From positions 262,549-326,548 of the forward strand of contig JACKGF010000001.1 in assembly GCA_020632095.1 (NCBI GenBank): a stretch of 64,000 nucleotides of DNA, given 5' to 3'. How positions within the stretch are numbered: position 1 is the first letter of the stretch; every line of letters starts with the position of its first letter. Shown piece after piece: positions 1 through 10,077 of this stretch. A model generated the notes under the pieces. The model ran no database searches. It had not been told where the DNA came from and saw only the letters and a program-made list of their open reading frames with translations. Both the position numbers and the translations under genes were made by a program. This stretch comes from Candidatus Nomurabacteria bacterium. GTDB lineage: Bacteria; Patescibacteriota; Minisyncoccia; Phycocordibacterales; UBA918.

Positions 1-1
1 C

Positions 2-1048
2 CCACCCAAACACTATCACCAAATTTTTTCCGACTTAAAAACCACTGGCGCCGCTGATGAATCGCATGGTTCTTGGACACACATCTTAGTAGAAAAACCT
101 TTTGGTCGAGACCTTGAAACAGCTCAAACTCTAGACACGCAACTAGCTTCTCTTTATCGGGAAGACCAGATTTTCCGTATCGACCACTACTTAGCCAAGG
201 AAGCAGTGCAAAATATTCTATCGTTCAGATTCGCCAATACCTTACTTAAAGTGCCCTGGAATAAAGATTCTATTGAATCGGTCCATATCAATATGTCAGA
301 AACCATCGACGTCGGTCACCGTGCCAATTTCTACGAAGGGGTAGGGGCTTTACGGGATGTTGGCCAAAATCATATTCTCCAACTCCTCGCCCTAGTCGCC
401 ATGCGTGAACCAGACAATTTCAATACTGATTCTATTCGCGAAGCCCGGTGTGAGGTCTTGCAAGCATTGAAAGAAATTCCAACTGATGAATTTGAAGCTA
501 GTGTACTGCGTGGTCAATATGAAGACTACCAAAAGAATGACATTGTCGCAGATGACTCGCAAACTGAAACCTACTTCGAACTCAAAGCTGAATTAGATTT
601 ATCAGAATGGAAAGGTGTACCATTCTACCTGTCGGCCGGAAAAGCTCTAGATAAAGAAGAAGTGTCAATCGTGGTAAAATTCTTAGACATTTGTTCAGGC
701 ATGTTTGTTACTAATACATGTCTTAGCGTCGGCAACAAAATCACACTGACCATTTCTCCAGAGCAAACTATCGCTATTACTTTCAATACCAAAACCCCCG
801 GACTTGGTTTCAATTTAGAATCACAAACCCTGTCTTTTACTTGTGAAAAAGGCGACTTAGACATCAAGAATGCCTATGAAAAAGTTTTGTACGATTCTAT
901 CATCGGCGACCAAACCTTATTTACTCACACTAAAGAAGTACTAGCAGCTTGGAAATTTATCACTCCAATTATCGAAGAATGGGACAAACTCCCGTTACAC
1001 CAATATAAAAAAGGCACTAAAGGGCCAGCTAAATCAATTATTAAATAA
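2..1048 (+). CDS. zwf: glucose-6-phosphate 1-dehydrogenase, C-terminal part (5' end outside window)
   Basis: Open frame from position 2 (no stop). Translation contains EKPFGxD and RIDHYLAKE, the G6PD signature RIDHYLGKE, and a C-terminal G6PD domain. Followed by gnd and pgl. Confidence 0.85.
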   Translation, partial: PPKHYHQIFSDLKTTGAADESHGSWTHILVEKPFGRDLETAQTLDTQLASLYREDQIFRIDHYLAKEAVQNILSFRFANTLLKVPWNKDSIESVHINMSETIDVGHRANFYEGVGALRDVGQNHILQLLALVAMREPDNFNTDSIREARCEVLQALKEIPTDEFEASVLRGQYEDYQKNDIVADDSQTETYFELKAELDLSEWKGVPFYLSAGKALDKEEVSIVVKFLDICSGMFVTNTCLSVGNKITLTISPEQTIAITFNTKTPGLGFNLESQTLSFTCEKGDLDIKNAYEKVLYDSIIGDQTLFTHTKEVLAAWKFITPIIEEWDKLPLHQYKKGTKGPAKSIIK

Positions 1049-1058
1049 CCTTAACAAT

Positions 1059-1958
1059 ATGCAAAAAGAATTAGTATTCATTGGTCTAGGAAGAATGGGA
1101 GCCGCCATGACCGAACATTTGGTAGAAGCTGGCTACACTGTACACGGTTATGATACAAGTGAAGAATCACGCGCTACAGCCGCAAAGTTTGGCGTAATAA
1201 ACCACAATTCAACTAGTGAAGCCATCGGTGCGATGGCCGGTCGTAAGGTAGTTTGGCTGATGGTGCCAGCTCAGTTTGTTGATCAAGTCATAGACGAAAT
1301 ACATCCTCTCCTGACGGCAGGTGACATCATTATCGACGGCGGAAACACCTTTTTTAAAGACACGATCAGACGAGCCGAGCAAGTTAATCCAAATGGTATC
1401 CACTACGTAGACTGCGGAACTTCAGGCGGTGTAACTGGCGCTCGCTATGGAGCGTCACTAATGGTAGGTGGTGAAGCTGCTGCAGTATCTAGCTTAGAAC
1501 AGCTTTTTCTTGCACTAGCCGCACCAGGTGGCTATGGTCACGTAGGGCAGTCTGGAGCGGGGCATTTTGTAAAAATGGTTCACAATGGTATTGAGTACGG
1601 TATTATGGGTGCCATTGCCGAAGGTTTGGCCTTCATCGAACAAAATGCTGATGAATTAAGTATCAATACCAAGGAGACTCTCAAGCCTTATGAGAACGGA
1701 AGTATAATATCTAGTAAACTAATGACTTGGATGGCTGAAGCCTACAACACCAAAGGTTATCTCGAGCAAATCTCTGGTGAAGTCCCACGAGGGGAAACTG
1801 AAATTGAAATGGAATTTATTGTTAATTATAAACAAACACCAGTACTAGAAGCCGCTCTAAAGCAACGCAAAGAAACTAGAGTAAACCCATCAAGAATCGG
1901 TACACTTTTATCAGCCATGCGCAATTTATTTGGCGGACATAACATAATTAAAAAATAG
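1059..1958 (+). CDS. gnd: 6-phosphogluconate dehydrogenase, short (decarboxylating, Gnd-like) form
   Basis: N-terminal Rossmann motif FIGLGRMGAAM; about 299 aa, as in short YqeC/Gnd-like 6PGDH. Sits between zwf and pgl. Confidence 0.8.
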   Translation: MQKELVFIGLGRMGAAMTEHLVEAGYTVHGYDTSEESRATAAKFGVINHNSTSEAIGAMAGRKVVWLMVPAQFVDQVIDEIHPLLTAGDIIIDGGNTFFKDTIRRAEQVNPNGIHYVDCGTSGGVTGARYGASLMVGGEAAAVSSLEQLFLALAAPGGYGHVGQSGAGHFVKMVHNGIEYGIMGAIAEGLAFIEQNADELSINTKETLKPYENGSIISSKLMTWMAEAYNTKGYLEQISGEVPRGETEIEMEFIVNYKQTPVLEAALKQRKETRVNPSRIGTLLSAMRNLFGGHNIIKK

Positions 1959-1967
1959 GGAAGGACT

Positions 1968-2660
1968 ATGCAAATTCATACTACAGAGACTCCAGCTAAG
2001 TCAGTTGGCGAACATATCAGTCAGAGCATCATTAAACATGACAGGGATGTAGTCTGTTTGCTTTCAGGTGGCTCAGTTCTAGATGTAGTCGAGTTCATAA
2101 ATATTGAAGAAAAAAACGAATGTCGCACAATATTTATGATGGGGGATGAGCGGGTGAGTAGGGAGGATGATATTAACAATTACTTACAACTTGTCACTCG
2201 CTATGGAGACAAGCCAGCGGTGACAGATAATTTAATTTCAACACTACCATTAGCTAGCGAATCATCAGAAACCTTTGCTGAGCGAACCCTAAAAACTTTT
2301 TTACAAAAATTAAGTGAGCTAAATAATCCAAAAATAATTTCAATTTTAGGCGTCGGCAAGGATGGTCACACCGCCGGAATTTTTCCCTTGGACCAACAAT
2401 TTTTTGCAGACATATACCCAGATGATCTAACCTACGTCTCAGTGCCTATCGAGGGCCTTAGAATCGATTCTAGAGCCTCGTTTACGCCGTCCTGGCTACT
2501 AAACAAGGCTGATGAAGTAATCGGCTATGTAGTCGGTCAAGGCAAGCAAAACATCCTAAATTCGCTCATTAAAGAAGCAAAACCAATCAACGAAAGACCA
2601 GCAGAAATAATTAAGCTACACCAGAACGCACACTTATATACAAACCTGCTTATAGAGTAG
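1968..2660 (+). CDS. pgl: 6-phosphogluconolactonase (NagB/Pgl family)
   Basis: 230 aa. MMGDERV-type motif of the glucosamine-6-P isomerase / 6-phosphogluconolactonase fold. Operon context zwf-gnd-pgl. Confidence 0.6.
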   Translation: MQIHTTETPAKSVGEHISQSIIKHDRDVVCLLSGGSVLDVVEFINIEEKNECRTIFMMGDERVSREDDINNYLQLVTRYGDKPAVTDNLISTLPLASESSETFAERTLKTFLQKLSELNNPKIISILGVGKDGHTAGIFPLDQQFFADIYPDDLTYVSVPIEGLRIDSRASFTPSWLLNKADEVIGYVVGQGKQNILNSLIKEAKPINERPAEIIKLHQNAHLYTNLLIE

Positions 2661-2662
2661 TA

Positions 2663-2702
2663 GACAATAGAAACGCGGCCAAGGCCGCGTTTTCTATTGT
2701 CT
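2663..2702. terminator. perfect 18-bp-stem hairpin between convergent pgl and murI
   Basis: GACAATAGAAACGCGGCC aa GGCCGCGTTTCTATTGTC, a perfect palindrome immediately after the pgl stop codon. Confidence 0.6.
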
Positions 2703-2817
2703 CTAAACTGACCCTATATATCCAGCTTTACATAACATTGTATGTCGCAAAAGATATATTGTGCGACATAGGGAATTGTAATAATATTTTATATAATTCA
2801 CCACCTCTACCCGTGGG

Positions 2818-3597
2818 CTACGCCCCACCCCCACTAAGGAAGTGTTGTAACAATAAATCGTAATCTGCTCGGTGCTTAGTAAGATGAATATTTCTACCCC
2901 CTTCTCTAGATAGAACAGATTCTATCTCCGGATGAGCCACTAAATATTTTTTTATTTTTTCTGGTATAACTTCATCTTGAGAAATAAATCTTTTTGAATT
3001 GGCAAAATGTTTACGCAAGGCAGACTTGATTTCTGTATAGTGAGTACAACCCAAAACCACCACTTCACTCTCCCCTGCTTTAGTCTCTATATACTTCACA
3101 GCACAATCAACCGCCGCTCTGTAGTCACCAGCCTCGATTAAAGGTACTAGCTCTGGCGTAGAAATGGCAACTAGCTCCTGTTCTCTCTGCTCACGTTTAT
3201 CTAACTCTGTCGCATATTTACCAGACTCAACTGTATGTTTGGTCCCCAGTAGCGCAAACCTAGTTTCAGGACTATTAATAATCTCTTCGACTGTAGGTAC
3301 AATCACCCCTAGAATTTTCCGATCAGCATATTTGCCCACTAACATAGTCTGTTGTAGCGCTCGCGCTGAATCAGCCGAAGATGTGTTACAAGCAATAATT
3401 ACTAACTGGCAGTCGTGTTCAAACAGATACTCTACTCCATTCTTAGTAAACTCAAATATTTCTTCTTTAGTTTTATCGCCGAGTGGCAAATGTTCAGTAT
3501 CTCCAAAAAAATAGTAATCGTACTGCGGTAGAACTTTCACTACTTCTCGTAAAATCGTTAGACCACCTAAACCAGAATCAAAAAAGCCAATTTTCAT
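2818..3597 (-). CDS. murI: glutamate racemase
   Basis: Starts MKIGFFDSGLGGLT. Conserved racemase Cys motifs (IACNTSS, GCTHY). 259 aa. Confidence 0.85.
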   Translation of the reverse strand: MKIGFFDSGLGGLTILREVVKVLPQYDYYFFGDTEHLPLGDKTKEEIFEFTKNGVEYLFEHDCQLVIIACNTSSADSARALQQTMLVGKYADRKILGVIVPTVEEIINSPETRFALLGTKHTVESGKYATELDKREQREQELVAISTPELVPLIEAGDYRAAVDCAVKYIETKAGESEVVVLGCTHYTEIKSALRKHFANSKRFISQDEVIPEKIKKYLVAHPEIESVLSREGGRNIHLTKHRADYDLLLQHFLSGGGA

Positions 3598-3644
3598 AAT
3601 TTATATATTATATACCTAATATAACTGCTTCACCCTTATATAAC

Positions 3645-3672
3645 AAAAAGCACCGTCTGACGGTGCTTTTTG
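3645..3672. terminator. bidirectional rho-independent terminator
   Basis: AAAAAGCACCGTCtgaCGGTGCTTTTTG hairpin flanked by A-run and T-run. Confidence 0.55.
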
Positions 3673-4008
3673 TTATATATTTGCAGCGAGAGTATTACCC
3701 CAACACGGCATTGATGCGGACCATGGTCGTGTGCCTTGTGTCTCATAGAGATGCCGGGCGTAAGCCATATTTCCGTATATATCATCAAGATCCATATTTA
3801 ATGAGTTTGCTTTTGACAGGTGGTAACGCTTATTAATTTGCATTACACCTGTGTCAGCTGGGTCAACTCGTCCTTGAAGGACAGAGCCGTCCGCTAATTG
3901 ATGACGAAATTCAGACTCACATCTTGCAACTTCGGCCATAACTGGAATATCCTTAAAGTATGAGCGTACGATTGCTTCAGTATTTTTCTGTGATGCAGTT
4001 TCCTGCAT
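3673..4008 (-). CDS. small lysozyme-like / SLT-type transglycosylase domain protein
   Basis: CESEF...GVMQI resembles the E-S-x-F ... G-L-M-Q-I SLT catalytic motif. The in-frame upstream sequence (to about 4128) encodes a hydrophobic leader LWLIISTVILALFTAVTA with no canonical start codon, so the true start is uncertain. Confidence 0.4.
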   Translation of the reverse strand: MQETASQKNTEAIVRSYFKDIPVMAEVARCESEFRHQLADGSVLQGRVDPADTGVMQINKRYHLSKANSLNMDLDDIYGNMAYARHLYETQGTRPWSASMPCWGNTLAANI

Positions 4009-4278
4009 AACGATAGTCTCCTTTACATCTGTATCAATGCTTCCATAGGCTGTTTCAGGGAGCGTTACTGTCGATGCAGTAACTGCTGTAAATAAGGCCA
4101 GAATAACAGTCGATATAATAAGCCAAAGGTCTTATCTAACAAATACCGGTGTGACATTGTTCGTATCAATGTGGAGATACGAAATCAATACACACATGCG
4201 ACACCGATAACCGGAAAACTATAGCACGAATTACGGATTTTTATTATTATAGCATAGATTTGACTTACAGTCAATACT

Positions 4279-5055
4279 TTATTCTGACTTTACTACCTTT
4301 GCTGCTCCTTTAGTCCACTCGGTAACACCTTCTACCGCTCGCAAGACTTCAAGTGGGGTGGCAAAGATGACAGTGTTTGACTGGTCAGAAGACAGGTCAT
4401 TGAGGGTTTGTAGGGTTCGGAGATGAAGAGCGCCTGGTGCACCAGCTAATATTCCCGCTGCTTTGGCGATGTTTTCGGCGGCTGCCACTTCCCCTTCTGC
4501 ATTAATTATTACTGCCCTTCGCTCTCGCTCAGCTTCAGCCTGCTTAGCGATTGTTCGCTCCATAAGTTCGGGTAAGAAAAAATCTTTAAGCTCTACGTTT
4601 TCGACAGTGATACCCCAAGCCTCAGTTTCTGCGTCAACTACCAATTGAATCCGCTCTGACAGCTTTTCTCTTTGTGAAAGTACTTCATCCAACTCTGCCC
4701 CACCAACCACATTTCTCATGGTTGTTTGTGCAAGTTGCGACACTGCAAACCGAAAGTTCTCCACTTCCAGTATAGCTTTGGCAGCATCTGATACTCGGTA
4801 GTAAATTACTGCATTAATACTAGCAGACACATTATCCTTAGTAATAACTTTCTGATCAGGCACATCAACCGCCTTTACACGCAAATCAACTTTCTCCATT
4901 TGCTGAAAAATCGGCACAATAATACTCCAACCCGGTCCTCGCAAACCAGTAAATTTACCCATCGTCAAAACCACCCCTCGTTCATATTGTTTTACTTCCC
5001 GCAGTAAAACAATCAATCCTCCAATAACCACAATTAACAAAACTGGAAATTCCAT
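4279..5055 (-). CDS. SPFH/band-7 (stomatin/prohibitin-like) membrane protein
   Basis: N-terminal transmembrane segment, band-7 core, and a C-terminal coiled coil AEAERERRAVIINAEGE typical of slipin/HflC-like proteins. Confidence 0.8.
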   Translation of the reverse strand: MEFPVLLIVVIGGLIVLLREVKQYERGVVLTMGKFTGLRGPGWSIIVPIFQQMEKVDLRVKAVDVPDQKVITKDNVSASINAVIYYRVSDAAKAILEVENFRFAVSQLAQTTMRNVVGGAELDEVLSQREKLSERIQLVVDAETEAWGITVENVELKDFFLPELMERTIAKQAEAERERRAVIINAEGEVAAAENIAKAAGILAGAPGALHLRTLQTLNDLSSDQSNTVIFATPLEVLRAVEGVTEWTKGAAKVVKSE

Positions 5056-5092
5056 ATTAAAAAATTAGACTCCTTATGTTTTCAGTATACCC

Positions 5093-5932
5093 CTAGAGAC
5101 GTTTTTTGAGAATGGCCATCGCACCATACAGACCAGCCTCATCTCCTAACAAAGACTTGGTGATAAGCGGACTCATAACAAACCCATCCAGCGATTCAAC
5201 TGTATATTTTCTTATAGCATCAATCTGAATCGCAGGGTCACCAATAATCATAGCCCCTCCAAGAACAATTACATCCGGTGACCAGTACAGAATAGTATTT
5301 CTTAAACCTTGAGCTAAATAATCTGCCAATTCATCCCACACTACATCTGATTGTGGTATGTCATAAGCATTAACACCAAATCTCTCTCCCACCGCAGCTC
5401 CCGAGACCAAGTTTTCAAGAGTCGGTGATATCTCTTCCCCTAAGACAGTTCTGTCGATATCTAAGATTTGATGACCTGGTTCAAACCCGATACTGGAGTG
5501 ATCAATTTCACCATCTTCAATCTTAACTCCTCCCACTCCAGTACTCACACTGTGATAAGCAACAATTTCCAACCCTTCCCCAGCACCATAAACCGCTTCG
5601 CCAACCCCAGCCATAGCGGTGTCATTTTCCAGATAGATCGGTACTTTATAAGTTTTTTGTAATGCCTCTACTAGCGACTTTCCCGCCCACTTACTCAACA
5701 CTGAGTCATTTTGAATTCCAGTCTTTTCTTCAGTCAGATAACCTCGAATGCCCCCAGCTATCGCCAAAACTTTTTTTAGCTTAAAACTTTTAACAGTCTC
5801 AACAATCTTTTTTACTCCATCATCAAAATTAACTGGTGTATTAAAAGTCTTGTGTTCGCTAATAGTCTCTAAATCTTCAGAAATAGCCACTCGAGTTTTT
5901 GTTCCACCAATATCAAATAGTACGTAAGTCAT
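5093..5932 (-). CDS. ROK-family sugar kinase (glucokinase-like, no Zn-Cys motif)
   Basis: N-terminal FDIGGTKTRVA ATPase motif and LENDTAMAGVGE (ROK LENDANAAALGE). Directly downstream of pgi. Confidence 0.65.
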   Translation of the reverse strand: MTYVLFDIGGTKTRVAISEDLETISEHKTFNTPVNFDDGVKKIVETVKSFKLKKVLAIAGGIRGYLTEEKTGIQNDSVLSKWAGKSLVEALQKTYKVPIYLENDTAMAGVGEAVYGAGEGLEIVAYHSVSTGVGGVKIEDGEIDHSSIGFEPGHQILDIDRTVLGEEISPTLENLVSGAAVGERFGVNAYDIPQSDVVWDELADYLAQGLRNTILYWSPDVIVLGGAMIIGDPAIQIDAIRKYTVESLDGFVMSPLITKSLLGDEAGLYGAMAILKKRL

Positions 5933-5934
5933 AT

Positions 5935-7191
5935 TTATTTTAGCCCGAGAATCTCACGGGTTTTATTTTTATACAACTCAACGTTTGGTTGGTTAAAGGC
6001 GTCGACGTTGGTTAGTTCAGCCAAATACATCGTCTCTCGCATCCGCATCGCCATAAATAGACCAAGAGAGTAAGCTATATCCTCATCAAAGATGGTTGAG
6101 CGGTAAGGTAGCGAACGTTCTTGATAAGCTCCCATCACTCCACCATAGAGCGCTGTTGCTACTTCCTGAACCGTAAACTTACCGTAGGTTTTTGCGATGC
6201 CTTTCTTAGGAATCGCAAAATCAGTTCTGTCGTCGTCGAAAGTCACAAAATCTGTATAAACACCATCTAATCCACTCATATATAGTTGCCCAACGGAATG
6301 AAGTTCAACCGGGGTAGAAATGGTTGGTACAAAACCTTTAGTCACCTTCTTTCCAGCTCGGTCAGTTTCTTTACCTAAACTTTCGGCCACCAACTGCCGG
6401 TACCAAGCACCTAGCTTCTGGAGGCGGGGTTCAAAAGCAAAAAAGTTGTAGTGGTGGAAATTTTTACCAATATAATGATAGACCCGTGATGCATTTTCAG
6501 CTACTACTGTCTCAAATTCATCGGTTGAAGCGTCGAGAATTCCTGAGATAAAAGCATCGGTATCGTGACCAAGTAGAGCCAAAGGTACCAAACCGACTTC
6601 TGTGGTGACTGAGTAACGACCACCTACAATCTCTGGCATCGGCACCAAATTGACCCCAAGTCGCTTACCTGCTTTCATGAAATCTGTGTTTGGATTACCA
6701 ATGAAAATAGTCTGAGTGTAAATCGCCGTCTTAAACTTTTTCTCTAGTACTTCAAGCAACACCCCGGCATTCACCAAAGTCTCAGCAGTATTTCCAGACT
6801 TACTAATCACACAAACCGCCAGCTGTTTAACAGAACGAACAGGCTTAAGTTTATTTATCAACAACTCAATGTCGTGTGCTGAAACGGTATCCAGTGAATG
6901 CAACTCAACTTTTCCGTTATCAACCACAAAATGAATTGCTTCGGTACCCAAATTTGAACCACCAATTCCAACCAAGACTAAATGCTTGATACCCTTGAAC
7001 TGTTTTTTTAAAGTATCAATAGTTTCATGTACTTCAGGATTTTGGGCATGTACCAAAGAATACTCTGGTCTGGTATCATCGTTTTTTTCAACTGTTGCTT
7101 GCACCTCTGTACGATAGATATGAAGTTTTTTTAATCCACTTTTAAGATTTTTTTCGTTAACTGAATCAATGTCGAAATAGGAAAAATACAT
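5935..7191 (-). CDS. pgi: glucose-6-phosphate isomerase (short bacterial/archaeal type)
   Basis: GIGGSNLG signature of phosphoglucose isomerase; 418 aa. Confidence 0.85.
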   Translation of the reverse strand: MYFSYFDIDSVNEKNLKSGLKKLHIYRTEVQATVEKNDDTRPEYSLVHAQNPEVHETIDTLKKQFKGIKHLVLVGIGGSNLGTEAIHFVVDNGKVELHSLDTVSAHDIELLINKLKPVRSVKQLAVCVISKSGNTAETLVNAGVLLEVLEKKFKTAIYTQTIFIGNPNTDFMKAGKRLGVNLVPMPEIVGGRYSVTTEVGLVPLALLGHDTDAFISGILDASTDEFETVVAENASRVYHYIGKNFHHYNFFAFEPRLQKLGAWYRQLVAESLGKETDRAGKKVTKGFVPTISTPVELHSVGQLYMSGLDGVYTDFVTFDDDRTDFAIPKKGIAKTYGKFTVQEVATALYGGVMGAYQERSLPYRSTIFDEDIAYSLGLFMAMRMRETMYLAELTNVDAFNQPNVELYKNKTREILGLK

Positions 7192-7206
7192 AATTAGGTA
7201 ATTGGT

Positions 7207-7941
7207 TTAAAGCTGTCTTAAATTGGTAGTTCGCACGTTTTTGTTGATGTACTTGTAGGCTTCGTCAACACTGTCAACAATTTGAAATAATTCTAAATCT
7301 TCCTCACTAATAGTCTTGAATTTTTTCAATAGATCTTTTTCAAAAAATCTCATTAGCGGCTCCCAGTAATCTTTTCCGTATAAGACGATTGGTACGGGTT
7401 CAATTTTTTTTGTTTGAATAAGTGTAACAATTTCAAAAAATTCATCTAGGGTGCCGAAGCCACCTGGAAAATAAATGTAAACCTCAGATGCAAAAGTTAA
7501 CATCACCTTACGAGCAAAGAAATAGTCGAAGTTGAGAGACTCAGTAGTATAAGGATTAAGCTTCTGTTCAAATGGTAGTGTGATATTTAAGCCGACAGAA
7601 CGTCCACCCACTTTAAAGGCGCCAACATTGGAAGCCTCCATAATCCCTGGGCCACCACCAGAAATAATCGAGAAGCCTTTCTTAGCAAGCTTAGCTGCTA
7701 ATGCTTCAGCTTCTTTATAATATTCGTCACTAGGTGTAGTTCTGGCACTGCCCCAGAAAGTGGCAGCTAAACCGTGATTGCGAAGCAGTTCAAAACCTTG
7801 TACAAACTCGGCCATGATTTTAAACACACGCCACGATTCGATAGCATCTCCATCGGCTCCATTAGGATCTAGTAAATCTGTAACAACGCGACAATTTTTC
7901 GGTTGCTTCTTTTTTTTCTTACCTATGAAATTTCCAAACAT
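7207..7941 (-). CDS. LOG-family protein (TIGR00730; cytokinin riboside 5'-monophosphate phosphoribohydrolase-like)
   Basis: GGGPGIMEA motif (the LOG GGGxGxME box). Confidence 0.8.
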   Translation of the reverse strand: MFGNFIGKKKKKQPKNCRVVTDLLDPNGADGDAIESWRVFKIMAEFVQGFELLRNHGLAATFWGSARTTPSDEYYKEAEALAAKLAKKGFSIISGGGPGIMEASNVGAFKVGGRSVGLNITLPFEQKLNPYTTESLNFDYFFARKVMLTFASEVYIYFPGGFGTLDEFFEIVTLIQTKKIEPVPIVLYGKDYWEPLMRFFEKDLLKKFKTISEEDLELFQIVDSVDEAYKYINKNVRTTNLRQL

Positions 7942-7962
7942 AAGCTGATTATAACACCTGCC

Positions 7963-8556
7963 TTAAAGCCAAGGGATTGGATACTGTTTAAATTCGGGGA
8001 GAAGTTGAACGTCATTTAATAGACGTGAAGCAACTTCAGCGTGACACAGTGCCCCAGTCAAGGCATTGTGTGGGTCAGGCTCGCTTGGTATACCACAATA
8101 GTTTAGTACACCATCAAGATTGAGTGTGCTATGCTTATGTTCTTCGCTTAGTGGTGGCCTTAACCCAGATTTAATCATATGCATCCAACACATAGTGTGA
8201 GTATCTAGAGTGCGATAGGCTAAGGTCCAATTGAGACCAGCCCGCTCCGCTCCGGCCCGCAACATGTCCCGATCAAACGAAACATTTTGCCCACACAAAG
8301 TTCTGTCTTGCAGTTGTTCAGTCCATTGTAGAAACTTTTCCACCAGCTCAGCTTCGGATAATTTACTAGAATCAGTTATCTGTTCTTCAGTAAAACCATT
8401 TACCTCTAACGCTCCATCCATAATATGAGCTCCGTCCCAGATGTGACATTCTTCATAGAAACGATTGTCTGGCTGATTAAAATCTAATGCCCCAATCGAT
8501 ACGATTGAATGTTTTTCATAATTTGTCCCCGACGCCTCAATATCAAGAATTAACAT
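7963..8556 (-). CDS. DEDDh 3'-5' exonuclease domain protein (DnaQ/RNase T-like)
   Basis: LILDIEASG Exo I motif, plus later Exo II and III acidic/His residues. Confidence 0.65.
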   Translation of the reverse strand: MLILDIEASGTNYEKHSIVSIGALDFNQPDNRFYEECHIWDGAHIMDGALEVNGFTEEQITDSSKLSEAELVEKFLQWTEQLQDRTLCGQNVSFDRDMLRAGAERAGLNWTLAYRTLDTHTMCWMHMIKSGLRPPLSEEHKHSTLNLDGVLNYCGIPSEPDPHNALTGALCHAEVASRLLNDVQLLPEFKQYPIPWL

Positions 8557-8585
8557 AAGTTAATTTTATCACACTGTATAAATAC

Positions 8586-8978
8586 CTAAATATCTTTCAA
8601 CCCAGGACAATTAGAGGCTGGAGAATATCCAGCCGCTTCAGCTTCGGCTGTTGAATTAAAAAATAATTTGTTTACTTCCTTAATTTGCCCAGCTCCAGGG
8701 CAATTCAATAAATGATACTTTGTCCCAGACTTCGAGGCGACTAGTTTAACTTCTGGTTTTTCAGGCGAAGCAGCTCTTGTCACACCTTCACTAGACGCTT
8801 CATTCACTGCTTCAGAAAACACCACACCGGCTGGCTGGGCTGATGCCACCTTCCCTTCAATCGAATGTCTTCCTAACCCAAACGACACCACAGCTACCAA
8901 AACAACTAATAAACCCATATATACGGTATCATCGGCCAACAAAGACTTGAGTTTTTCTTGCATATGTCGTATACTCAC
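8586..8978 (-). CDS. membrane-anchored protein with C-terminal Ada-like Zn-binding (YHxxxC...C) domain
   Basis: N-terminal transmembrane segment. The C-terminal YHLLNCPGAG...FFNSTAEAEAAGYSPASNCPGL resembles the Ada N-terminal metal-binding pattern (..C....C...F..S..EA.AAGFRPC..C). Confidence 0.35.
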   Translation of the reverse strand: MSIRHMQEKLKSLLADDTVYMGLLVVLVAVVSFGLGRHSIEGKVASAQPAGVVFSEAVNEASSEGVTRAASPEKPEVKLVASKSGTKYHLLNCPGAGQIKEVNKLFFNSTAEAEAAGYSPASNCPGLKDI

Positions 8979-9011
8979 CCCGTTAAATTCTAATTATTAT
9001 ACCTTAATTGT

Positions 9012-9293
9012 ATGTCAACAAAGAAAGCAGCGGGAACAGCTAAAAACCTGCGTGATTCTAAGCCAAAGTATCTTGGAATCAAGCGCACAGCTGGACAAAT
9101 TGTAAAGACTGGCGAAATTATCGTTCGTCAAAGAGGAACCAAAATTGATGCTGGTAAAGGCGTAAAAGTGGGCAAAGACCACACTATTTTTGCGATGACA
9201 GACGGGGTAGTTTCTTTTCGAGATACTCGAAAGACCAACTTCACTGGCAAAACTGTCAGCAAGAAGATGGTTGAAGTACTAGCGGTAGCTTAG
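9012..9293 (+). CDS. rpmA: 50S ribosomal protein L27
   Basis: [23 protein letters not shown]...HTIFA is the canonical L27 sequence. Confidence 0.9.
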   Translation: MSTKKAAGTAKNLRDSKPKYLGIKRTAGQIVKTGEIIVRQRGTKIDAGKGVKVGKDHTIFAMTDGVVSFRDTRKTNFTGKTVSKKMVEVLAVA

Positions 9294-9300
9294 TCCCTCA

Positions 9301-9344
9301 CACAACTAAAAACCACTCAGCTAGCTGAGTGGTTTTTAGTTGTG
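9301..9344. terminator. perfect 20-bp-stem palindrome after rpmA (bidirectional terminator)
   Basis: CACAACTAAAAACCACTCAGC tagc TGAGTGGTTTTTAGTTGTG. Confidence 0.6.
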
Positions 9345-9360
9345 TATGAAACTCAATAAA

Positions 9361-10074
9361 TTATGAGTCTTGTCGGATTGTGGCAGACTCTATCACTACA
9401 TCTTCAAGCGGAAGATTGTTTGCACTGGTTTCAACCTTAGCAATCGCATCAACCACATCCATTCCCGCTACTACCCTCCCAAAAACTGGGTGCTTTGAGG
9501 TAAGAGGAGGTTTGTCAAAATCAAGATTAGTATTGTCAACGAGGTTGATAAAGAATTGGCTACCGCCTGAATTTGGACCACTGTTGGCCATAGCAATAGT
9601 TCCGCGTACATTAGTCAACAATTCACCCTTGATATGCTCATCTGGAATTGAGTAACCCGGTCCACCGGTACCATACTTAAGCACTTCATCAGTCTTAGTA
9701 TTTGGATCACCTCCCTGAATCATAAAACCATCAATCACACGATGGAACTTAACTCCGTTGTAAAATCCCTCATTAACTAACTTAACAAAGTTACCGGCAG
9801 TAATCGGCATTTGGTTCTCATAAAGCTCAATCTCAATTGTTCCTTTATTTGTATTTAGAACAGCTACTGGATTCATATCATTTGTTATATCTACGTCATA
9901 CGCTTTTAATTCTTCAGCTTTAAGTGGTGCTGGTAGAGTTTCTGTATCGTCTGTAAGCTCTACCTTAGCACTATTTACTCCCCCACCAACCCAATAGGCA
10001 ATTCCACCGACCAAGACTGCACAAATTGTTAGTAGAATTAATATAGGCTTAGCTTGATGCAAAAAACTATTCAT
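9361..10074 (-). CDS. membrane-anchored cyclophilin-type peptidyl-prolyl cis-trans isomerase
   Basis: FHRVIDGFMIQGGDP cyclophilin signature; N-terminal transmembrane anchor. Confidence 0.8.
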   Translation of the reverse strand: MNSFLHQAKPILILLTICAVLVGGIAYWVGGGVNSAKVELTDDTETLPAPLKAEELKAYDVDITNDMNPVAVLNTNKGTIEIELYENQMPITAGNFVKLVNEGFYNGVKFHRVIDGFMIQGGDPNTKTDEVLKYGTGGPGYSIPDEHIKGELLTNVRGTIAMANSGPNSGGSQFFINLVDNTNLDFDKPPLTSKHPVFGRVVAGMDVVDAIAKVETSANNLPLEDVVIESATIRQDS

Positions 10075-10077
10075 ACC

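Noticed and set aside
625-867. Antisense ORFs nested inside well-supported genes. Examples: 625..867, 1209..1403, 3164..3514, 4463..4648, 5468..5662, 8231..8428, 9380..9655, 11227..11586, 12500..12867, 15100..15407, 16426..16716, 18284..19243, 20000..20478, 24368..24703, 25169..25651, 28589..29311, 29765..30094, 30773..31278, 33239..34483, 36182..36469, 38419..39441, 44609..45352, 45570..45962, 48454..48984, 49493..49747, 60078..61970, 62014..62452.
   Set aside because: Each lies wholly within a longer ORF on the opposite strand that has clear family signatures. The composition is low-complexity Ser/Pro/Thr-rich, typical of antisense frames in AT-rich DNA.
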